A stretch of 64,000 nt of DNA from Chrysemys picta bellii. Lineage: Eukaryota. The position numbers and the translations under genes were made by a program. The DNA is taken from the NCBI RefSeq assembly GCF_011386835.1, contig NC_088803.1, positions 11,284,001 through 11,348,000 of the forward strand, given 5' to 3'. The notes under the pieces were generated by a model. It was not told the origin of the DNA, did not search any database, and was given only the letters and a program-made list of their open reading frames with translations. Below are positions 40,901 through 51,545 of this stretch, one piece after another. The number at the start of each line of letters is the position of its first letter. Within the stretch, counting starts at the first letter, position 1.

Positions 40901-43775
40901 CTGGGTGGGGTTCCTGAGTGGACATCCCCACAGTCCCTGCATGGCGCTCTCCCTTTCCCTGGCAGTATACATCCCCAAAAAGGCGGCATCCAAGGGGCGC
41001 CAGCCCAGGCGCCGTCAGCGCCACCTGCCTGGCCCGGTGGCCCCAGGGGAGCCACGGGAGATCCCGCCTGAGGCCGTGCGGCAGTACACTGAGATCATGG
41101 AGGGGCTGCGGCCCAGCTCGGAGGAGGAGGCTGGCGGGTGCGGCGAGCCCCAGAGCCAGGCACAGGGGACACTCCCAGACCCCGCACTACTGCAGTACGT
41201 TGAGCAGCTCTGTGAGGATGAGAGCTTCGTCTGCAAGGTGAGTGTCTCCCGCGGGGGGGTGCCACATCCCACCCATGGGGCCCTCAGCTCCCAGCATCCA
41301 GGGGGCAAAGACTGGGACGGGGATGGGACCCAAGTGTCCAGGATGGCAGGGCAGGGCCGCATAGCTCCCAGCCCCTGTGGGTAGAGAGCAGGATAGGGAT
41401 GGGACCCAGGTGTCCAGGATGGTAGTGCCAGGTGCTCACCCTCAAGGTGCCCCATATTCCCCAGCCCACATGGGGAAAGACCAGGAGAGGAGATGGAACC
41501 CAGGTGTCCAGGTCGGCAGTGTAAGGTGCTCATCCCAAGGAGGACCCATAGCTCCCAACCCGCGGGGGAGGGGGAGACCAGGACAGGAGATGGGACCCAG
41601 GCATCCAGGTTGGCAGCACCGCACCAGGGCCTCGCTCTCACCCCGCTTCCCCCGCCCCTTGGCCCGGCAGGTGGAAGCCGTGATCCACCCCCAGTTCCTG
41701 GCCCAGCTGCTCTCTCCAGAGAAGAGATGCGACCCCCTGGATCTCAGCGAGGAGCTGGAGCAAGAGCTGGGACTCACCCCAAGCCAGGTACCACCCCACA
41801 CGGCCACTGAGGGGGAGCTAGACCCAAGGAGAGTAGTTGTCTCTCTGCCCCCTTTACACAGAAACCACCCCCCACAGTGACCGCCTTTCCTCTCTCCCCA
41901 CAGCTGGTTGAGAAACGTCTCCTAGCCCTCTCGGAGGACGAGCTCAGCCCCCTGGCGTGCCCAGCCCCCCATTCGGACTCCACCCCCTCCCAGTCCGAAG
42001 AGGAGGATGAAGGCAGCAGCCAAAAGGGACCGGCCAGCCGTCAGCAGGCCATGAGCGGAGCCTCACCCCCCAGGGGCAGCGGGGCCAAGGGCAGGGCTCT
42101 GGGGGCAGAGCAACCAGAGGTGCCAACCCCCACACCTGTGCGGCCATCGCAGCCACGCCAATGGCAGCCAGGAGATGCAGCAGCTCCAAGATGTCTGTCC
42201 CCTCGCAAATGTGGCAGTGAAGGGAGACTATTAGCCTCACTGAGGAGTCGAGTTGAGAGGGTGTCCCAGCAGCCTCAGGGGCAGGGCCAGGATGGAGGCC
42301 GAAGGGAAGGATCAGCAGTTACCCTGGGCACAATACAACCTGGCAGCCAGGCCTGGAGTGTCAGATCACAAGGGGACAATTTGGTAGGACCGGCAAACCA
42401 TGCGTCAACTCCCAGCGGGTACAGAAAACAAGATGGTGGCCAAGAAGGGAAGGTCAAAAGTCAATCTGAAGCCAATGCTGATGGGGAAGGACTAAGAGAT
42501 GCCCCAATGGGAACAAAGTGTTGTTGCCAAGGAGACAACCTGGTGGAAGCTGGAGCTCTAGAGTCAGGTCTCAATGGACATGGACAACAAGATGGCTGCC
42601 AAGGAGAGACGGTCAAAGGCCAACCCCAGGCTGGATGGGAACCACTGGGAGACATCCCAAGTGCCACAGGCCAAGCCAATATCGTGAGGTCACACAGGGA
42701 CAACCTGGTGGAACAAAGAGCTCTAGAGTCAACTTTCAATGGACATGGAAAACAAGAAGGTGGCCTAGAAGGGAAGGTTAGAGGTCAAAACAAGGAGGAG
42801 GCTGATTGGAGTGAAGCCACCCTGAGAGAGCATGATCTCCAGCCTGGGAGCATGAAGTTGAGTGGGAACAACCTGAAAAGAGAAGGAAGCCCAGCGTCAA
42901 CTCCCACTAGGCCTGGAGAACAAGATGGCAGTCAAGCAGATCAACCAACCAAACTGGAGTCTAGGGTGGGTGGTGGCCACCCTACAGTGTTACTACTCAG
43001 CAGGGCCAATGGGCAGCCCTTAAGCCTCTTTGCTCGCCCTCTGGGTGCTGACGGGCGAGGGGAGGGTGAATTGCCACCAGTGTCCAACGTTCAAGGCCAA
43101 CGTCCTGACCCACCTCCCCTTGGCCTGAGTGGCCTGAAGGGACCTACTCAGGCCCGGGCAGCTTTAGAGGCTGACTCCAGTTGCCGAGCAGAGCCAGAAT
43201 GGAGATTTGCAATAGAGATGGGGTCAAGACAGCCCCACTTCCTAGATGGTGGCAACAGTGAAGGCAATGGAGTCAGAACCATGGCCGGACCTGGAGATCC
43301 AGAACAATGTGAGGCAGGAGCTACCAGGGGCTGTGGCAATGGGACCAGTTCAAGGGATGATGGAAAGGAGGCGGGAGAGGCCAGTTCAGCCATGGGTGAT
43401 GGCCCTTCCAAGATGGCCACAATTGCCAGCTCAGAATTTCCCCCGGAGGGCATGGAGGATGCTGGGAAACATGATGATGATGAGGAAGATGATGAAGAAC
43501 TGTCCATTTTTTCCTCTCTGCTGGCATCAAAACTCCATCTCTCCAGTCCCGAGGGACCTGTTGGCTCTGTCCCTGCCCTGAGGGACCAAGTGGGGCCCCA
43601 CAGCAGAGCCCTCTCCCCGACTTGGGAGACAGTGAGATGGGATCCCATGAGGAGACGCTCCACACGGCTGTGCCCAGATGGGTCACATGCCATGGACACT
43701 GGCGTTCGGCTCAGCCATAAGAGGAGGAGCAACAATATGGCCGCCAGGAGGAGCAAGCGCCTGCGCAGCCAATGA
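37943..43775 (+). CDS. NUTM1: NUT family member 1 (NUT midline carcinoma protein homolog); 5' start uncertain, >=991 aa from ATG 38102
   Basis: Exons 37943(or 38042/38102)-38550, 38782-38910, 39023-39159, 40966-41237, 41671-41787, 41904-43775, all GT-AG and in frame from 38102. Motifs [35 protein letters not shown]...[88 protein letters not shown] and terminal RRSKRLRSQ match recalled NUT. See the finding on the frame break at 37987-38130. Confidence 0.9.
39278..40715. repeat. Intronic satellite, ~20-nt alternating subunits (CATACCTAGAA / CATACCCAGCA + TTTTGCA), split by a MITE
   Basis: Tracts at 39278-39708 and 40432-40715. Confidence 0.85.
39709..40423. mobile_element. hAT MITE (same family as 33684-35721)
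   Basis: TIR TAGGGGTGGGCAAAC / GTTTCCCCACCTCTG; perfect TSD ACCTAGAA at 39701-39708 and 40424-40431. Confidence 0.9.
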
Positions 43776-44821
43776 GAGAGGGCAGCCATGATGAGGGTTG
43801 ACTGCAAGTGGCTGAAAGGCTTCAGCTAGGGATATTTGTGGGTGCCTTAAATTCCTTCTTCAGCCAATTGCTGGGCCCTCTCTCCCCCAAAGCCCCACCC
43901 CTTTGAGATGAAACAAAGAGCACTCTGGCAGAGCCCCTGCCCCTTGGAACGTTGAGGATGAAATGGAGAGTCCTCATTGGCTGGAAGACTGCTTCGTCCC
44001 CAGGCATGCTGAGGATGGAAGTGAGGGCCCTCATTGGCCGACTCCTACCTACTCTCAAAGTCCCGCCTCCTGGAACATAGAAGGTGAAGCGGAGGACACT
44101 GATTGGCTTCCTGTTGAATGGGTGGCACCATTAGGAAACATGGTGGCAGGGGCAGAGCAACCTTGTCATTTACTGAGTCAATTAAAGGGATTTGGATCAA
44201 TGTTTTGGCCCCAATCATGATGGCATGGATCCGGCTCCATCTAGGGCAGAGCTGAGAGTGGGGTCTTGCTGAGGGGGCTCCCCAGGGCTTTGTCCCTTTC
44301 CCGCCTCCCTGAGCCAGCCAGCCCCCTGCGCTGGGGCTGGATCGGGGTAATTACCTTAGATTTGGAAATTCCTCAGTATTGTTCCAAGGGGCCCCCTTGA
44401 AACCGCCACTGAAGTTTCACGATGTGGCATGAAGGTGACCTTGAAACCACTGTATTAAATGTGAAGGCCCAGCTGCAGGGCCCTCCAACACACTCTTTTC
44501 CAATGAACACCGCTCAAAACCACCTTTGCTTTAAAAGTTAGTGTGTATATATATATATATAATATTTTCATAGAGATATAGATATTTGATATATAAAATA
44601 GCATTTGTTTACATTTTACAAAACAGAAGAAGAAACGCAACCCACCCGCCTCACTCCAAAAAATAAAATAAATTCCAAAATAATTAAAATAAAATAAATC
44701 CTCCTCCCCCAAAATTGGCTGTTTCCTCCCCATTTCCTGTAGCCCTGAGTTGCTGGGTGTGTCCCGGGTAGCGAGTGTGCTGGGGAAGGGGTGTCACTGT
44801 ATGGTGGGGGAGGGGCGTGGT

Positions 44822-47800
44822 TCAGTCTGCCTTGCTCTTGGTGTGGGGGAGGCCATTGGCGTAGGGGGTGGGGGCCCGGTGGGTGGGCACCGGGAGGCAC
44901 AAGTAGGTGCTGAAGAGCGGAGCATAGTCGGGGTGGCGCAGGGCGAAATCCTGGAACTGACCTGGCAGGGAGAGAACGAAGGAGAGCGTGAAATAGCCAC
45001 TGGGCTGGCTCAGCCACCCGTTGGTCCGTCCGTCTGTCTGCCCCTCCCCCCCGTCCGTCTGTCTGCCCATTCGCCCTTCTGTCTGTCTGCCCTCTCTTGC
45101 ATCCATCTGTCTGACCGTCCATCTGTCTGCCCTCTCATCTGTCTCTCCCTCCATCTATCTGCCCTATCCTCTCATCTGTCTGTCTGTCTGCCTTGCATGT
45201 GTAGCCTCCCTCTCTTTCTCTCTCTTCTTCCCCACGTGTCAGTTTCTCTGTCTACCCATCTGTCTGTCTGTCTTCTGGGTCCCCCCCATCTGTCTGTCTG
45301 CCAGAACTCCTCCTGTCTGTCTATCTGCCGGGTTCCCCCCTCCCTCCCCGGTCTGTCTGTGTGTGTCTATCTGTCGGGTCCCCCCATCTGTCTGGGGGCG
45401 CTCACCGATGCTCAGCCCGTGGTGGGGCTCAGCCCCGCCCAGTGCAGCATAGAGCTCGGCTCCGTCGGCCCAGGGCGTCCCCAGCAGCAGGCGCAGGATG
45501 GCACAGAAACCCTCCTGGGGCAGGCGTGGGGTCCCCCGCCTGGCCCCCGCTTCGCAGAACAGCTGTGGGGAAGGGGAAAGACGGTGTGAGTGGGAGAGAG
45601 ACCCCACACAATCCCCATGCCACCAGTCCCCCATACACCCCAGTCCCCTTATACTCCCCCCGCCCGTGGCCCCACCCAAAACCCCTATATCTCCCCACAG
45701 CCCCATTATCTTCCCACATCTCCCAAATACCCTCACCCACAGCTCCCATATCTCCCTGCAGCCCCTAGAACCCCCTGACTCCCAGATACCCTTCATATTC
45801 GCCCCACATACTCCCCCATTCCACATCCTCCAACCAAGTCTCCTCCCCCCACCCTCTATATCCCCACACATACCCTCCTAGACCCAGACCCCTCTCCCCA
45901 CATACTCCCAACCCAGCCCCGCATATCCCCATCCCTGCCCTATTCCTGCCAGAGCTCCTCCCCCTGCACCTCACACTCCCTGCCCCCCCCACCTCGAAGG
46001 CCAGGCGCGTGAGCTCCTCAGGGCTGCGTCCCCCCTCCAGCGCCTGCAGGGCCAGCCGCACCGCCCGGGTGTCCACGGCGCCCCCCATGTCCTGGTGGAC
46101 AGACACACGAATGTGGGTTACCTCTCGACACAGAGCCCCCCACAAACCCCTCCCCTGCCCAGGGGTGCACTCCTATGCACCCTGGGGCAATCCCCCTCCC
46201 CCAGCCATGGGGCAATTCCCTACCCCCAGGGGCAATTCCCCTCTCTGATCCCTGGGGCAATTCACCTCCCCTCCTCCAACCCTGGGGAAATTCCCCACCC
46301 CCAATCCTCCCCGGTCAGTCCCGCTCCCCCACCCCTGGAGCAATTCCCCACCCCCTGGGCAATTCCCCTCCTCTCTCCACCAAGGGGCAATTCCCCCCCA
46401 GCCCCGGGGCAATCCCCTTCCACTCCCCGCTCCTGGGGCGTTCTCCTCCCCAGCCCTCTCCCACTCCCTTCCTGCCCCCCGGTACCTGCTGGAAGTAGGC
46501 ACAGAGCTCCTCAGGTGCCTCAGGGTGGGGCAGCCCCAGCCAGCGGGCAAGTTCCTGGCACCCCAGAGTCCCTGCTCCACCATCAGGCAGGGGGCCCCCC
46601 ACGACCCACCTGCAGGGGGATCCCCATGGGGGAGGAGAGAGGTCAGAGACACGGGCAGTACAGCCCCCAACACAGCACTGTCCGGTCTGTCCCTCCCCTA
46701 CTGCTCATCCATCCTCCCCTGCCCCTTTTGCCATCCCTCCCCTCCCCCCACCTCCTCCTCCCTCCCTGTCTCCCAGCCCCTCACCTGGCCCTCCGCAGCG
46801 CCCTTTCCAGCTCCCAGAGCCGGGGCTCCAGCGCCACCCGCAGGCGCCCAACTGCCCGCACCGGCAGGGTTCCCACCAACTCGCACTCGGTGGCCGGGAC
46901 GCCCAGCGCCCTGCGGGGAGACAAGGGCAGGGAGTGGTCAGACTGAGGGGCCCCCCCCATGCCGAGCCCCCCATTGTGACCCCCCCAAGTGCCCCTGATC
47001 TCACTGTACCTGCTACAGTGCCACGACTCCCCCATACCCTCAACAACCCATGTACTTCCCTCCAACCCCCCATACGTACCCCCCACATACCCTCAGAGCA
47101 CTGACCCCCCATAACCTTCCCAAAAACTCTCCATGGGGCCATTATTCCCCTGCCAACCCCCCCCAGAACCCCCACACCACCTCATCTGAGTACCTGTACA
47201 TGGCCCCAACCCCCATATCCCCTGCTTCAACCCCATCTGAGTACCCTGATAACCCACCGTCCCCCACACTGTGGCCATGCCAATCCCCTGAGGCCCCAAA
47301 TACCAACCCCCCATGCCCTCCCACGCCAGCCCCCTCTGTGCTCCCTTCACCTGCCTCCAGGGATCCTGTGACAACCACTGCCCAGGGCCCTCCCACACCA
47401 ACTCCCTGGTACCATGTGCTCCTCCCGTGCCCCAGACACCCCAGGCCCACCCCCCGGCGCCTCACGCCAACCTCCGCACCACCACCTTACCCCAATATCC
47501 CTTGCAAAACCCCCATGGGTGCCCCCCATCCTAACCCCCTGTAGCGACTCCGAAGGGGAGCCAAGTCGGCCCCCCACCAGGGCCACTCACCGGGCCATGG
47601 CTCTCTGCACGTTGCTGGCGTAAAGGGTGGGGTTGACACTCTCCTCAGCGCTGGGCTGATAGACGGGGAGGAACTGGAAGAGATAAGGGGGTTAGGGGGC
47701 AGCAGGGAGTGTGAGGGGAGCTCAGCCGGGAGGTGTTGGCCTATTGCCCTGGCACGGCAGTAGGGGGCGCTGTGCAATCTCACCTCCACTTCCACAGTGG

Positions 47801-50800
47801 TGCAGAGTTGCGATGCCGTCAACCAGATGACTTTGAGCCTGCGTGGGGCGAGAGAGACATGACACCCCAAGTTAGTCATTCAAGAATACAGCAGGGAGAC
47901 AAACAGACACACAACAAAGCTTGTCCCCTCCAGCAGGGGGCAGCAGACAGACACCAGCACTCATCCTCTCCAGCAGGGGGCAGCAGACAGAGACAGATAC
48001 ACAGCAGGGCTCATTCCCTCCAGCAGGGGGCAGCAGACAGACAGACAGATACACAGCAGGGCTCATTCCCTCCAGCAAGGGGCAGCAGACAGACAGATAG
48101 ATCCCTCCCCCATGCATAACTCACACTCCGGGGCCTTGCCACGCCCAGGTTGTCGAGTCCTGCCAAGAGAAGAACAGAGGCATTGGTTGTGCGGCCCGAC
48201 CACGCCATCCACCCGGCCCATTATCCCTGCCAGACACTCACCAGGCTGTTGGGGTACCGGACGAGGATGGGCTGGATAGGAACCCCGGCAATGAAGGCAC
48301 CTGGGAGAGAGAGTCACAACCGGTTTACACCAAGGCTTTCACTCTGGATTTACACGGGGGTGCAGAGAGGGGTGTAGGCTGTAACAGTGTCACCTGCATA
48401 CATGCAAGGAGTTATGCCAGGCACACAGAGAGGTTAACAGCCTTTCCGCTGAGGATCACCCTGTGGGTTACTGTCGTTTGCTCTGGGTTTACACTTTGGT
48501 AAGTCTAAGTTTACACAGTGTTTACTCGGATGGTTACTCCAGAGTTACACTGACTCTAGCTTTACAGTGGATTTTTGCAGTGTTTACTTGGAGGGTTACT
48601 CTAGATTGACAATGAGGTTACTCTCTGCTTCTTCTAGGTTCACATATTGGGGGTTAGCCAGCGTTTACACTAAGGGTACATTTACATTGAGGTTCACATT
48701 TCAGTTTACATAGATTGGTTCTCTAGGATTGCCCTGAGACTGGCCACATTTACACTGATGATTGCTCTGGGTTTACTCTGTGCTTCAAACAGAGCTGCTG
48801 CTCTTGATCCACACAGCATGTTACTCAACATTCACTCCAGGTTTACTCTGTGCTTCACACAGAGCAGCTGCTCTCAATACACACAATGTGTTACTCCAGG
48901 TTTATTCTGTGCTTCAAATTGTGTCGCTACTCTCAATCCACGCTGCAGATTACTCCAGGTTTACCCTTACCATATACAGGGGATTACATCATGTTCCACA
49001 ACAACGTTTCCTCCTGCTTCACACCCAGCGCACCTGCGCTGCTCACACTGGAGTTTCCTGCAGCTCCGCCTGAGCATCTCACCCCCCCAGTCCCAACCCT
49101 GCAGGGAGGAGTCTCTGGGCTCGAGAGTCATTACACCCAGGCCCTGCTTGACCAGCGGGAAAGGGGTCCCAGGGTGGGGGTCGCCCTACTCCCCCCACCC
49201 CTGTGTGAGCCAGGCTGTGCTTCCGGGCCTCATACCTGGCTTAAACTTCAGTAAGGCTTTCTTGTTAGAGCAGGTCCCCTCGGGAAAGAAGAGCACCTCG
49301 GGGAGAGCAAAGAGGAGAGTGTCAGATACACTGGGAGGGGGAGGCGGGGGGGGTGATCCAGGGGAGGGGTGGGAATTGGGGGAGGGGGGAACCAGTCTCA
49401 CCTGTGGCCATTTTCCCTGGGATGTGGCCCGTCTCTTCACCTCCTCTACCACCTTCTTGCGGGAGGCTGGGTCGTGGCGGGACACCAAGATGGCTTGGTT
49501 GAACCGGAGCAAGGCTGGGGAGTGGAGGGGGCAGAGAAATGGGTGAGGGGGGAAAGTCCCACCACCACCTGCTGCCACTCAACCCCAATGGAGCCACCAC
49601 AGGTCCTCACCCTGGGGCCGCCTCCTCCACCTCCCCTCACTCCCCATCCCCTCTCCCACCTCCTCTCCTCTGCTCCGCTGCTATCCACAAGCCCTTCTTT
49701 TCCCCACCCCCCATCTCCTCCTCCTTCCTCCTCCTGCCCCAAACCCATGGCGCTGTCTCCATCAGTGGAGAGACCCACCAAAATGGGGAGGATGGGACAT
49801 CGCCGGATCCGGCTCTATACCCCACTGTTACCTATCAGCTCTGTGTTCTTGGGGAACCAGGGTGCAGTACCCAGCCTGTCTGACCTCCCCCCCCCCCCCC
49901 CATCCCCCAGCCTCTGCTTGAACCAAAACAAAAAGCAATGAAAAGGCCGTGGGAGACACAGCTAAACCCCTGGGATAAGGGTGACAGGACTAAGGAAACT
50001 CCCCTGGCCCCTGCCTCGGAGATGGGACAAGGAGGCATCTCCATTAGCTACAGAATGGAGAACAGAGATTCCAAGGCAAGAACCGCACGGAACTCTGGGA
50101 CCAGCAAAGCAGGGAAGCACTGCATGATGGGGGATCTCTGCTCCAGATCTTAATGAACCCACGCCTGCACACACCCAGCTCAGTAGTTATCAGACCAATT
50201 CTAGTAATGAATCCTTTATTGGTAGCCAAAATGGTGAAGCTCCCTAATTGCATTGTGAGCTCCGTCCAAGGAACACCGCCCAAAGCCAGGAATGATCAGC
50301 TCCCATTGTCTAACCCAGGGGTAGGCAACCTATGGCATGTGTGCCAAAGGCGGCACGCGAGCTGATTTTCAGTGGCACTCACACTGCCTGGGTCCTGGCC
50401 ACCGCTCCGGGGGGCTCTGCATTTTAATTTAATTTTAAATGAAGCTTCTTAAACAGTTTAAAAACCTTATTTACTTTACATACAACAATAGTTTAGTTAT
50501 ATAGTATAGACTTATAGAAAGAGAACTAAAATATTAAACTGTATTACTGGCATGCAAAACCTTAAATTAGAGTGAATAAATGAAGACTCGGCACAGCACT
50601 TCTGAAAGGTTGCCAACCCCTGGTCTAGCCTGAACAAAACAACTGTGGTATTCTCCCTTGAGCCATCAGTTTACACATAAACAAATCTAGTGTTCTCCCT
50701 TGAACCATTGTTGTTTCTCTACAAAACCCCCTATCCACGCTCAAGTAAGTGTTCTGATGCCTGGATCCAAAATCTGCATCAGTTCCATTGGGACTTCATC

Positions 50801-50895
50801 TTCTCCTGAGTGATCATGCTGGGGGCTCTGCCTGTCTCCAGCACTCTGGACCTTCAGCTGCCACCGATTCAAGCTTCATGGAGTGGTGAGAACCC

Positions 50896-50945
<50 letters not shown>

Positions 50946-51488
50946 ATAGCCTTCTGACCCTGACTTGTGTGATCAGTTATCGTTTTCTAAACCTGACTTT
51001 TATAATCAAAATTAAGTTAGATTTAATATTATAACTGTTTTGTTTGTTTGGCTCCCCTGTTGTTATTACCTGGCAATAAATAACTTTCATGGTTAAGCTG
51101 GTTGCTTCTCTCTCCCCCCACCGCCCCCGGGGTGTTTTTTTGGTTTCCTCATTTGCTCTGCAGCAATGCTCCTCGTACCTAAGCTAAAAGATCCCTGCAG
51201 TGCCCAAAAAGCCTGTGGGGTTTGCTCATCAAGTGGGTTACTACCAGAACAACTGTAACGTGAAAGTGGGGATAGGGACGTGCTGAACCTGGGACATAGG
51301 AGGGTGTCAGATTGAAAATGCTGCTCAACCCAGCCTGCTCAGGTGGGCTCTAGTCCGGTGCGGTGCCTGTGACATATGAGGGGGACAGCTTGGAGGTGCT
51401 GCTCGACCCAGTCTGCTAAGTCCAGGGGCATATAAGGGGTCAGTTTGGGAGTGCTGATTAAACCAGTACTCTCAGAAATGCTCTGTTA

Positions 51489-51545
<57 letters not shown>

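Larger units (their letters stand above)
50030..51460. mobile_element. Possible LTR/ERV-leader-like remnant
   Basis: Non-genic sequence with AATAAA (~51076), a (CT)n tract and leader-like composition. No termini or TSD identified, so weakly supported. Confidence 0.3.

Noticed and set aside
44750-45589. 279-aa hydrophobic, Cys-rich + strand ORF
   Set aside because: Derived from (CTGT)n low-complexity intron sequence and antisense LPCAT4 exons 13-14.
49297-49330. Uncommon GAG acceptor of LPCAT4 exon 5
   Set aside because: It is the first AG after a good pyrimidine tract and gives the expected VLFFPEGT exon; rare but ordinary.
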